Of a stretch of 64,000 nt of DNA, positions 29,513-39,289 are shown piece by piece. Under the pieces are notes generated by a model. It did no database searches. It had not been told where the DNA came from and saw nothing but the letters and a program-made list of their open reading frames with translations. This DNA is from a virus. Numbering within the stretch: position 1 is the stretch's first letter; each line of letters opens with the position of its first letter. The stretch is taken from positions 1 through 64,000 of IMG/VR virus record IMGVR_UViG_3300022752_000026, one strand, 5' to 3'. A program made the translations under genes and the position numbers.

Positions 29513-29680
29513 AATTCGTCTCTCTATCTCTTGCCGCTTTTACTTTTTAGCGGTTAAGCAAAAACAGTAACGGTTAGCGCACGCCGCGTCAATAGTCATG
29601 CCGCTATTTTTTGTTTTTGCTTTTTGGCTTGGATTCTTTCTTCCCTCGCCGCGATTGCAAATAGCGCACGCCATAAAAAC

Positions 29681-29860
29681 TTATTTAGTCTTGTTCTCAC
29701 GGTTGACCTCCCTCCTACCGGTTATTGCGTCCCATACAAAGTATGTAACGGTATTCCAGAAATCGGCAGACCTTTGAGCACGGTTCATATTTACTTCGTA
29801 GTCGCGTTGACTACGGTCAATGTTGAGTAACACTTTTGCAATGATTGCTTCAAATATCAT
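29681..29860 (-). CDS. 59 aa leaderless peptide, ADFWN family copy 3 (not in ORF track)
   Basis: MIFEAIIAKVLLNIDRSQRDYEVNMNRAQRSADFWNTVTYFVWDAITGRREVNRENKTK; TTGACA-17-TAAAAT ends 7 nt upstream. Confidence 0.7.
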   Translation of the reverse strand: MIFEAIIAKVLLNIDRSQRDYEVNMNRAQRSADFWNTVTYFVWDAITGRREVNRENKTK

Positions 29861-30413
29861 AAACAGTATTTTACTTAGCGCTCGCCGTTATGTCAATAGG
29901 GGCACGCCGCTCTTGCCGCTGCTGCCTGGCCGCTGTGAGAAGTTGTTGAATTGTTTGTAGTTGACTTTGCGGCGGAGCCGCAAAGCGGAGTCTAGTGATA
30001 GAAAATATAAAAGTCAAATCCACACGCTCGCCACTCAGAAGACCGGCCGCCAGGTAGAACTACAAACAACTTACGGACATCGTTAAGACATCCCTCGTGG
30101 TGCAGCCTCCCAGATTCAGACACCTGTGTTTTTACTTTTTACTTATCAGGTGGAGGAGATGGTGGTTACGGCGGAGGTGGCGTGCCGGCCCCTGCACATC
30201 AAAACAAGTTGTTGGTTTCTTTACCTGGTCCGGTCATGCCTGAACAACCTGCGCAACGATGCTTGTTCTGGAAGGCGGGCCCTGCAACTACAAACAATTT
30301 GCTGGCTGTGGATAACCAGGTAAACACTCTGGCGCATACAGGATTACAACTAACGGTTTACTAAAAGTAGCACTTGCCGGCTTCTGGCTGCAAGCAACTA
30401 CGAACAATTGCGG

Positions 30414-30572
30414 TTACTGGTCAGTAACTTGTTCTTCGGACGCAGGAGGCACGGTTATGTTAAGAACACCCATCTCTGTTGTGGTTGAGCAACCAGGGCA
30501 CCGTTGATACGCACCCTTCTCATACAGCGTCCCACACCAGAAGCAATCGGTTAATACTTGTTCATTGTCCAT
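30414..30572 (-). CDS. 52 aa zinc-ribbon peptide (not in ORF track)
   Basis: CFWC...CPGC; AAAGGAG RBS. Confidence 0.55.
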   Translation of the reverse strand: MDNEQVLTDCFWCGTLYEKGAYQRCPGCSTTTEMGVLNITVPPASEEQVTDQ

Positions 30573-30704
30573 TCCCAGGCCGCTCCTTTCATTTTTACTT
30601 TTTGGCTAAGCGCAAGCCGTTAGTTACCTTTTGGCACCTAAAGTTACCTTTTGACACCTTAAGGTACATTTGCGCTCGCCGTTGATTTGACTTTTTACTT
30701 TTTA

Positions 30705-30878
30705 CTAACTAGACTGTGCTTCAGCACGGTCTAGTTTGTAAAGTTCAAGAAGTTGCTGTGCTTCGTTAGCGCGAGCCGTTGAGCGAATGTGCGCTTGCCG
30801 GTCTAGCGCTTCTGGGATGTCTGCGGCGCAGCGGTCAGCGTGCTCCTGGAGTAACTCTAGGAAATTGTTTGTAGTCAT
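30705..30878 (-). CDS. 57 aa protein coupled to terS (not in ORF track)
   Basis: TGATG overlap; MTTNNFLELLQEHADRCAADIPEALDRQAHIRSTARANEA... Confidence 0.6.
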   Translation of the reverse strand: MTTNNFLELLQEHADRCAADIPEALDRQAHIRSTARANEAQQLLELYKLDRAEAQSS

Positions 30879-31792
30879 CAGTCTTCAGCCTCCTCAGGCA
30901 CGCCGTTAGTTGAAATTTCAATAACTGGTTCAGCATCAATAATTTTTGTCTCTGGTTTTGCGTCCGCGATGGCACTGAGCGCAGCAATCCTAAGTTGTTC
31001 CATTCTTGCAGCGATGACCTCGTGTGGCGCTGGCCCGTTACTCTCAACCTCTACATTAAGTTCAATCCCACCTCGCACGCCGGCGCGGTCAAGGATTTCT
31101 GTGGCGGCTTTGAGTTGGACTGGCTCTGACTGTGCATCTAGAAGTTCTTCAAGTTTGTCTACAGCGTAGGGGGCAGACTGAACAATTTTCTGACGTGCCC
31201 GTTCAATGTCTCCTCCTGGACGACGGTTGAACTTAAGATGGTAGCGACACAAGCCGTCATCCTTGAGACGACCCGATGCCCACATCAAACAACGCAAGCC
31301 GTCAGACTTGACAGTTTTGCAGCGATGTGGTAGACCTTTAGGTGCACGCCGTTCAGATTTGGGTCCCCCTTGTTCCTGTTCTTCAAGGTAGGCACGGGTA
31401 GCAGCAACTACCCACGGTGGAGTGATTTTGCAAGCGTCACGGTCAATGATGAGGTCCAGGCCCGTTAAGAAGTCTGAGTTGTTATTAGTTGGGTCCGTTA
31501 GGAGCGGACGACGTTCGGAGAAGTTGACGAGTCGGCGCTCGCGGAGTTGTTCTTTAGAGCGTGCCGCAATCAAACCCGTTGTGTGTCCTAGTTGGTCGTA
31601 GACGTAATCCCAAGTGAAGTTGGCGGCTCTGAGTATCTGACGGTTCTCAAAGGTGTCCTCACAGACACCACGGTCATATTCAATAATTCCGAACTCGGTT
31701 AAGTCAGGCCGAAGGTCAACGGGGGTTGATATATCAGGGAGGCCGCTAGCCTCATCCTCGTTGTTCGTAGTTGGTTCCAGGTCACTGGTCAT
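30878..31792 (-). CDS. terS: Probable terminase small subunit
   Basis: CCCH-type finger (RC...DGLRC...GLCRYH) followed by APYAVDKL...VQLKAATEILDRAG, and a C-terminal IIDAE, all typical of TerS-like proteins. Confidence 0.65.
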   Translation of the reverse strand: MTSDLEPTTNNEDEASGLPDISTPVDLRPDLTEFGIIEYDRGVCEDTFENRQILRAANFTWDYVYDQLGHTTGLIAARSKEQLRERRLVNFSERRPLLTDPTNNNSDFLTGLDLIIDRDACKITPPWVVAATRAYLEEQEQGGPKSERRAPKGLPHRCKTVKSDGLRCLMWASGRLKDDGLCRYHLKFNRRPGGDIERARQKIVQSAPYAVDKLEELLDAQSEPVQLKAATEILDRAGVRGGIELNVEVESNGPAPHEVIAARMEQLRIAALSAIADAKPETKIIDAEPVIEISTNGVPEEAED

Positions 31793-31891
31793 TTTTACTT
31801 TTTGGTCCCTTTACGGACTTGGCCCCCCTACGGGATTATTTTATAAATTATTTTTACCGTAGGGCGGGACAAGCCACTTATTTAGTTTTTA

Positions 31892-32197
31892 TTATTTCTT
31901 CTTGGCGGTTTTCTTTGGGGCAGCCTTTGGTGCCTTTGCTGTAGCCTCAGAAAGTTTCTTTGTTGCTTCCTTTGCTACAACTTCAGCGACACGTCCAAAT
32001 GCTGGGTCTTTCTTGTTGATATAGCGAAGCGCTACTGGGACAAGAGATGCCCAAAGGGAATTAGCAACCAAGAGCCACTCTCCCTGTCCGAAATCCAATG
32101 GACTGGAAATTCCGCTGGTGCTTGCCACAATTGTGACTGCGCCAAATACCTGACCGAGCAGGTTGCGGAGGTAGGACTCAATCATTGCCTTGTTCAT
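31892..32197 (-). CDS. Holin-like membrane protein
   Basis: MIESYLR...two hydrophobic segments...VPVALRYINKKDPAFG, with a basic tail. Confidence 0.6.
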   Translation of the reverse strand: MNKAMIESYLRNLLGQVFGAVTIVASTSGISSPLDFGQGEWLLVANSLWASLVPVALRYINKKDPAFGRVAEVVAKEATKKLSEATAKAPKAAPKKTAKKK

Positions 32198-32380
32198 GTT
32201 GTTACTCGTTTCTGTGGAAAGGAAGGTTCCCACGTCATAACAGACATTAGCAGATATGATGGGAAAAGATTTTTGTGAAAACGCGGATACATAAAGAGTT
32301 TTTACTTAACAAGGACTAATTTGAGCGTGTAGAACAGCACGAATCTACTGTCTATTGTATAGAAAAAATATTAAGAAAAA

Positions 32381-34047
32381 TTAGGACAAAGTGCTTTTGA
32401 GATTTGTTTTTGGACTGTCGTTTCTATCATTCCAACACGGTTTACATAACCAACCGTTGAGTTCTTTTTCGTAGAGATAAGTAACTCTGACTGGAATCTT
32501 GGCATCGCAAAGGACGCAATAAGATTTTCTGACATGACTACTCATGGTGGTCAAATGGCCTCTGGAAGTTTCTAACATCATCGCCATTGATTGGCTTGTA
32601 ATCACTTTCACGAATCAGGTCAATGGCTCGTCTTAGTCCTAAGGTGTAAAGACTTTTATCGTCTTCACCCATGCTGGCTTCCCATGCTCTAACTAGTTCT
32701 GCAAGTCCACTAATCAAATACTGTTCTCTGCTATCTATTGCTTCATCTATAAAAGAAATCAAGTCAGGGGCAGAGTCTGGTTTTAGACTTCCATCCATAA
32801 TCTTTTCAGTCATATGCCCAGAGATGACTCTTTTCAGTTCTGCTCTATTCATTCTTTGGCAACCTTCCTGTTGTCTGCAAGGTAGCATCACATTGTTGGC
32901 ATAGCAAAATGTCGTAGCGGTCAAAGAGAATATCTTTGTTCGGTTCGGCTGGTCTACCTTCTCCATCTATAATAACTGGATAGACAGCATCAGTAACTCC
33001 ACATGAAGCACAGATGTATGCGCCATCAATCCAATTGAAAGTTCCACCACTTTCCATCAATGCAACTATCCCTCGGATAAGAGCATGTTGGTTTGCGTTT
33101 CCATCAGAGACTCTTGCAAATGGGTTCAAAGTGCTAGCGGTTATCACTCCACGGAACTTATGGCAATGGCAGTAGCGAATATTGACTTGGCAAATAATCT
33201 GACCTTGAGTATTTCTTTTATGTCTATTAGCGCCGTGTCCACAGATACAGATACCTTTTGAAAGTCTGCGCTGTTTTCTAGTTCCAGACAAATCCTCTAC
33301 AATGCTGTCTGCTGTTGTAGCATCAATGCCCATCTTGGCAAGAACCTCAAGTTGTTCTTTACTCCATCTGCTAGTTGTTTCCTGGTTGTTGTCCACCACC
33401 AAAGTCCCTCCGCATCTGTTCTATTATTTCTTGAAACTCTTCCTCTGTTTGAATCTTTTGTTGAATGTGAGATAGGAAGTCTTCCATCATCCTTCTCTTC
33501 AAAACTCTCTGCCACCAGTTCATAGTGCCAATTGCAAACATTGAAGCAAAGTAGCAAATTACCCAGAGCCCGACAACTTCTATCAGGCTAAACTGCCAAT
33601 CCATTATATTTTCATTCATGTTCTTGAATAACTCCAATTTCTTTTAGATGTTCGTAAATCGCATTGGAGTCACCAAGAGCAATCTCAGTCCACCTCTCCA
33701 AATCATCACCAGTTGGTTTCTTTTTGGGGAACCACCATTTCATCAGAGCAAAAGCCATCTCATCAATCAGGTCGTTGCCTTCCATCTCCCTGCCTTGCTC
33801 ACTCATAGTCTTCTCCTTCCAAACCAGTTCCCCAATCGTTAGGGAAATCTTTTGGGGTGCAAGCGGTTACTTCAGATTTACAGTTATAGCAATGTCCGTT
33901 GACTCCCCACATTCCAATCATGTAACTGTCTTTACAGAACTTGACTGGAACTACTAACCACTCACTTCCACACACTGGACATACAGGGGTAGGAATCCCA
34001 CTGGCATCAATGCTTGGGAACTCATTGCTTCCATTTACTGCCATGTC
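32381..34047 (-). other. Operon of six small hypothetical proteins, several Cys-rich
   Basis: Overlapping ORFs 32381-~32541, 32538-~32852, 32845-33402, 33371-~33619, 33612-33806 and 33799-~34047. Confidence 0.6.
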
Positions 34048-34089
34048 ATTACCGTCCTTTGTCAAGCAAAACAATACACCCTCTGTCAA

Positions 34090-34550
34090 GTATCTGTCTA
34101 TTCAACATTCCAACAATCCCATCAATAATAAAATCTAAAAAGAACTATAACACTATTGTAATCTCTAAACTGTCAAATTACATTTTTTCTTCCCTAATAC
34201 TATCACATAAAAGTATTGTCATGTAATTCAAGTATTACCAAGTATTTTTCCTTAACGTACGCGTGGGGGCCCTTAAGGACCTCTGGAAAATATACTTAGC
34301 AATATATGAATATCTTAGCAATACTTGAATACATGTATACATGAATTACGCACAAATCCACCCAAAAGGTTCACCATGTATTCAACTATCAAAGTATCGC
34401 TAATTTTTCACCTAAAATATATTTAGAGCCGAAACAAAAATTTTTTTATATAAAACATACAAATAACTTGTTCAAGATGTCAAAATTTTCAAAAATCCTT
34501 GACAAAAACTTGACAACCACATTCTAGATTAACAGATATATTTTTGTTGT
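34090..34550. other. AT-rich non-coding gap with iteron-like repeats (candidate replication origin)
   Basis: No credible ORF; CATGTA(A)TTCAAGTATT-like units at ~34220, ~34319 (inverted) and ~34375; two CTTAGCAATA units. Confidence 0.45.
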
Positions 34551-34553
34551 CAG

Positions 34554-34763
34554 TTACTTTTTTACATGTTTTTTGATGTATCGCAAAGTAAAACCAAGTA
34601 TCAAAGCATCATCCATTTGACCCAATACAGGGATAAAGTCAGGAATCAAATCTATTGGAGATGCCAAGTAGAGAACTAGCAGACCAACTACAACCTTTAC
34701 ATGAAGAGGACAACTACGGACATCTTCTATAATGGATTTATACTTCTCAGACTTCATAAACAA
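34554..34763 (-). CDS. YkvA/DUF1232 membrane protein
   Basis: [21 protein letters not shown] signature. Confidence 0.9.
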   Translation of the reverse strand: MFMKSEKYKSIIEDVRSCPLHVKVVVGLLVLYLASPIDLIPDFIPVLGQMDDALILGFTLRYIKKHVKK

Positions 34764-35415
34764 TTTCTTTATGGTGCTTTACTTTGACTAGAGGGTCCAC
34801 AAAAATCTTGAACCCAGCCCTAGTAGCGTTGGCACACCAAGAATAATCCTCACCAACATTGACTCTCATCTCTCGGCCCTCTTCCCATTGGACACGATTT
34901 ATCAAGAACCATGGTCGCTCCATCTTCTCAAAGACACCATGCTTGATAGCCACAAAGCCAAAACCAACTCCACCAACCTCTACTGGCAAATCATGTAGCA
35001 AGAACTCAACCTTGTTGACCCTTGTTGGAACCCCTCGTTCATTCGGGTAGTTCACAGCCACAGTTCCAGCAGAGTCCAGTTGATAGAGACCAGAAACAAT
35101 ATCTAGTTCTGAATAGAACAACTTTAGGAAGTCATCAGGCTCCCACTCAATATCCGAATCAATCCAAAATATCTTTTTATACTCAATTCCCCCAGCAACC
35201 CCTACCCCCTCAGAGTAGTCATGTTGAGTCTTATTGAGAGCGGTTAGTTCTCTAGCGGTTGGCACAAAAGAGGAGTATTGTGATAGAAAGTCGTATTTGA
35301 TACCATTTGCGCTCAATTCACGCAAAGTCTTGGTCAAACTCTTTACATACTCCATTTTTGCCGAATGACCGGGGGTAGCAATCAAAACTCTATTGTCTCC
35401 AACTACAGGACTCAT
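34747..35415 (-). CDS. GT-A fold glycosyltransferase-like protein
   Basis: [13 protein letters not shown] (DXD), VGFGF, GEDYSWC and VKHHK motifs. Confidence 0.8.
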   Translation of the reverse strand: MSPVVGDNRVLIATPGHSAKMEYVKSLTKTLRELSANGIKYDFLSQYSSFVPTARELTALNKTQHDYSEGVGVAGGIEYKKIFWIDSDIEWEPDDFLKLFYSELDIVSGLYQLDSAGTVAVNYPNERGVPTRVNKVEFLLHDLPVEVGGVGFGFVAIKHGVFEKMERPWFLINRVQWEEGREMRVNVGEDYSWCANATRAGFKIFVDPLVKVKHHKEIVYEV

Positions 35416-36086
35416 AATCTAAACCCAATCTCTTTATGGTGTTGAACCAATACCGACCTATCAACCTTTATTTCAAATCCAGCCCTTTTAGCCTTAAGAC
35501 ACCATGAAAAGTCTTCGCCTACAGAGGTAGCCCCATCTTCCCAAACAACACTCTCAATGCTAAAGTATGGCCTTTCAAGTTTTTCAAAGACCCCCGCTGC
35601 CACACATAGAAATCCAAATCCAACTGTATAAACACCAACAACTTCTTCACCTTCAGGGATAAATCCCAAAAAGTTGCTCTTCTTATGCCAGACCGGCATT
35701 CCGTCCTCTCCACGATAAAAGACGCACAAATCTCCGTCAAGGCTAGAGGCATAGACCCCAGAGATGATACTTTCCTGACTTTTATACAACTTCATAAAAT
35801 CATCAGGGGTCCACGAAATATCTGAATCAATCCAAAAGATTTTGTTGTAAGTAATGCCCTGCAAAATTGGAGCATCTAGAAACTCTGACTTTTTCTCTCC
35901 TGCTCTAGGGTTGGCAAGAATTGTTATCTCCCTAGCATGAGCAACAAAAGAAGAATATTCGCTGACAAAGGTATAACTAATACCCTCTTCTTCTAAGCGT
36001 TTTATAGTGTGAATTAGGCTCTTTACATAAGGAGCCTTCATTGAATGTCCAGGGGTGCAGATAACTACATCGCGGTGTGTTGTCAC
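35412..36086 (-). CDS. GT-A fold glycosyltransferase-like protein (tandem paralog)
   Basis: [28 protein letters not shown] and VQHHK motifs. Confidence 0.8.
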   Translation of the reverse strand: MTTHRDVVICTPGHSMKAPYVKSLIHTIKRLEEEGISYTFVSEYSSFVAHAREITILANPRAGEKKSEFLDAPILQGITYNKIFWIDSDISWTPDDFMKLYKSQESIISGVYASSLDGDLCVFYRGEDGMPVWHKKSNFLGFIPEGEEVVGVYTVGFGFLCVAAGVFEKLERPYFSIESVVWEDGATSVGEDFSWCLKAKRAGFEIKVDRSVLVQHHKEIGFRL

Positions 36087-36120
36087 GGGTTTACTCTACT
36101 CCTTCTGTTAATATTTTCCT

Positions 36121-36584
36121 ATGCCTTTTGAAGACGATTTGGATGTTTTAGATTTTACTTGCGACTTTGTAAATTGTCCAACTCACTACATACGAGGCGC
36201 AAAGGGCTCAGAGTTCGTCACCGTCATCACCAATACAGGGATGCTCTATTTCTATTCAATGGACTGCCTTGCTTTATGGGCAGGGTCTTTTCCTATCGGT
36301 CACTTAGTTACAGGCACAGATGCGGCAGAAGAATAATGGCAAGACCAAAAGTAAGTAAGAAAATCCTTTGGGAGATAGCCGAAAAGATTATGTCTGATAG
36401 GGGTTGGACTCCAGAGCAATCTCCAATAGAGTTTGATAGGAACAGAGACGATAGCCAAATTGTTCTTATCAAAGAGGACCTAGAAGATATGCTTACATAC
36501 TTTAGTTATAGCGAAGTTTATTGCGAACACATTGGTTGTAAGAAAAAAGACATGATTATTTTTACTCACACACATGAACACTAA
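36121..36584 (+). other. Two small hypothetical genes (36121-36336 leaderless; 36336-36584)
   Basis: TAATAT 6 nt before the first ATG; TAATG coupling. Confidence 0.6.
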
Positions 36585-36921
36585 AACTGTAATGAAATCA
36601 AAGATTTATCTTTCTGGTCCAATGACTGGTTATCCAGAATATAACTATCCGTTATTCAATAAAACTGCCGAATATATTCGTTCCTGCGGCTATCCAGTAT
36701 TCAATCCAGCAGAATGTTTTGATGGAGATACTTCTCTTCCTAAAGAAACATATATGCGTGAAGACATCAAAGCAGTCTTAGAGTGTGAGATGGTCGTGAC
36801 TCTTCCTGGATGGCAGGAATCGTCTGGGGCTTTACTTGAGGTTGAGGTTGCTCGCGCTTGCGGAATACCTGTTATAGACTTACAAGAGTTCATGTGGCTA
36901 GAAGAAAACGAGAGGGATTAA
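36574..36921 (+). CDS. DUF4406 / nucleoside deoxyribosyltransferase-like protein
   Basis: KIYLSGPMTG...NYPLF...NPAE...LPGWQESSGALLE. Confidence 0.85.
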   Translation: MNTKTVMKSKIYLSGPMTGYPEYNYPLFNKTAEYIRSCGYPVFNPAECFDGDTSLPKETYMREDIKAVLECEMVVTLPGWQESSGALLEVEVARACGIPVIDLQEFMWLEENERD

Positions 36922-36923
36922 TA

Positions 36924-37163
36924 ATGTCTGATGATGTAGCAGTTCGTTGGAGCAATTATGATGAATTTCGTTCTAGAATTGAATATGAAACAAGACATAA
37001 AATATCAGCACAACTTCAACTTAAAATTGCAGTTGTCAAAGAAGCAGGTCTGTCAACAGAATTTCTTGCTGGTTTATCGTTAGCCAACGCTATTATTCTT
37101 AATCAGATACCAGAAGAAAATAATAAAAAATTGGACGAGTCCTCACAACTACGTCTCATTTAG
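36924..37163 (+). CDS. Hypothetical protein
   Basis: GAGGG RBS and ATG at 36924. Confidence 0.6.
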   Translation: MSDDVAVRWSNYDEFRSRIEYETRHKISAQLQLKIAVVKEAGLSTEFLAGLSLANAIILNQIPEENNKKLDESSQLRLI

Positions 37164-37237
37164 TCTTTGCTAGTATTTCCGTCCAAGGCAGTCGCTAAGG
37201 GTTATAAATCATTCGTTTTCCGTTGAGAGGGGCCTAA

Positions 37238-39289
37238 GTGTCTATTAATTTTTCCTTCAAGTTGTCAGAGGATTTTGTCGGCTCCTATAAGGATAAGAAA
37301 GCACCTTTTGGTTATAGGGATGCTGCTGGCAACTCTGTTGGAGAAATTACTTTCCTACGCACATATTCACGACTCAAAGAAGACGGCACAAAAGAAACTT
37401 GGGCAGATGTTTGCGAGCGCGTAATCAATGGAATGTATTCAATCCAAAAAGACCACGCTAAAACACAGCGTCTTCCTTGGTCTGATACTCGTGCTGCTGC
37501 TAGTGCAAAAGAAGCGTTTGACCGTTTATTTAATTTGAAGTGGACTCCTCCAGGACGCGGTCTTTGGGTTATGGGAACAAACATTGTCAATGTCCAAAGA
37601 AACTCAGCGGCGTTACAAAACTGCGCATTTGTTTCAACAAAAGAAATGACAAAAAACGACCCTGCTAAACCGTTTGCGTTTCTTATGGAAGCATCAATGC
37701 TCGGCGTTGGAGTTGGTTTTGATGACAAAGGCGCAGATAAAGATTTCACAATTTATGAGCCAAAGGGAGAAGAGACATATGTCGTTCCAGATACCAGAGA
37801 AGGATGGGTTGACTCGCTCGTCCTCATCCTCAACTCTTACCTCCGACCAGATACGAAGGCTCCACTATTTGATTACAAAGAAATCCGCCCTGCGGGAACT
37901 CCAATTAAAACATTCGGAGGAACAGCAGCAGGACACGAACCACTAGAAAAACTTCACAACCATATTCATAAACTATTCAAAGGACGCGCTGGTGAAAAAG
38001 TTACTCGTAAAGATATTGCTGATATTGGTAATCTTATCGGTGTCTGCGTCGTTTCTGGCAACGTTCGTCGCTCTGCTGAACTTCTAATTGGTCGCATTGA
38101 CGACCAAAATTTCTTAAACCTAAAGAACGCTGAAGTTTATCCAGAACGCAATTCATATGACCCAGAAAATCCAGGTTGGGCATGGATGTCAAACAACTCT
38201 GTTGAAGCATCAGTTGGTGCTGACCTAACTCCAATTGTTGACGGTATTGCTCGTAACGGAGAACCTGGAGTTATTTGGCTTGATGTATCTCGTAAGTATG
38301 GTCGTCTTATTGACCCACCTAACGATAAAGATTGGCGTGTAGCAGGTTACAACCCATGCGCAGAACAATCACTTGAATCTTATGAGTGCTGCACACTTGT
38401 TGAAACATATCTAAATCGCCACGAATCATCTGAAGACTATAACCGCACATTGAAATTTGCTTATCTTTACGCAAAAACTGTAACTCTTCTTCCAACACAT
38501 TGGGAAGAAACTAACGCAATCATGCAGCGCAACCGTCGCATTGGCACATCAATGTCAGGTGTCGCTAACTTTGCTGACCGCGTTGGTCTTCCCACTCTTC
38601 GTGAATGGATGGACTCAGGATACAAAACCATTCAAGCATACGATAAAACATATTCAGAATGGCTTGGAGTTCGTGAATCAATCAAGACAACTACAGTAAA
38701 GCCTAGTGGAACAGTTTCTATTCTTGCTGGAGAATCACCAGGAGTTCACTGGACTCCAGGCGGCGAATACTTCCTTCGTGCTATTCGTTTTGCTAACTCT
38801 GACCCAATGCTTCCTCTTTTCAAGATGGCTAACTATCGTGTAGAACCAGCATCAGAGTCACCAGACACAACCTCAGTTGTATTCTTCCCAATCAAGTCTG
38901 ATGCTAAGCGAAGTGAAAAAGATGTTTCTATTTACGAAAAGATGTCACTTGCAGCCGTTGCTCAGCGTTATTGGTCTGACAACTCTGTCTCTGTAACAAT
39001 TTCTTTTGACTCAGAGAAAGAAGCAGATGCTGTTGGAACAGTCCTACATATGTATGACGGACAACTAAAGACTGTCTCTTTCCTTCCACAAGGAAACTTT
39101 ACCTACCCACAGATGCCCTACACCCAGATAACTGAAAAAGAATATGAAGAAGATGGAACTCTCAAACTCTTCCCAATTGACTTCTCAGGTGTCTACGCTG
39201 GAATGGGAGCAGAAGCGATTGGCGAGGCTTATTGCACCACAGACGCTTGTGAGATAAAATTGATTACCGAAAACCAGAAGGATAAATAA
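37238..39289 (+). CDS. nrdJ: Class II (adenosylcobalamin-dependent) ribonucleoside-triphosphate reductase, monomeric type
   Basis: RTYSR, PPGRGLW, NCAF, GNVRRSA, NPCAEQ, TTVKPSGTVS and C-terminal YCTTDAC motifs. Confidence 0.95.
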   Translation: MSINFSFKLSEDFVGSYKDKKAPFGYRDAAGNSVGEITFLRTYSRLKEDGTKETWADVCERVINGMYSIQKDHAKTQRLPWSDTRAAASAKEAFDRLFNLKWTPPGRGLWVMGTNIVNVQRNSAALQNCAFVSTKEMTKNDPAKPFAFLMEASMLGVGVGFDDKGADKDFTIYEPKGEETYVVPDTREGWVDSLVLILNSYLRPDTKAPLFDYKEIRPAGTPIKTFGGTAAGHEPLEKLHNHIHKLFKGRAGEKVTRKDIADIGNLIGVCVVSGNVRRSAELLIGRIDDQNFLNLKNAEVYPERNSYDPENPGWAWMSNNSVEASVGADLTPIVDGIARNGEPGVIWLDVSRKYGRLIDPPNDKDWRVAGYNPCAEQSLESYECCTLVETYLNRHESSEDYNRTLKFAYLYAKTVTLLPTHWEETNAIMQRNRRIGTSMSGVANFADRVGLPTLREWMDSGYKTIQAYDKTYSEWLGVRESIKTTTVKPSGTVSILAGESPGVHWTPGGEYFLRAIRFANSDPMLPLFKMANYRVEPASESPDTTSVVFFPIKSDAKRSEKDVSIYEKMSLAAVAQRYWSDNSVSVTISFDSEKEADAVGTVLHMYDGQLKTVSFLPQGNFTYPQMPYTQITEKEYEEDGTLKLFPIDFSGVYAGMGAEAIGEAYCTTDACEIKLITENQKDK

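Noticed and set aside
29940-31773. CGAAC-containing repeats as LexA/SOS boxes
   Set aside because: They are not dyad-symmetric (no GAAC-N4-GTTC), and several read CAAAC.
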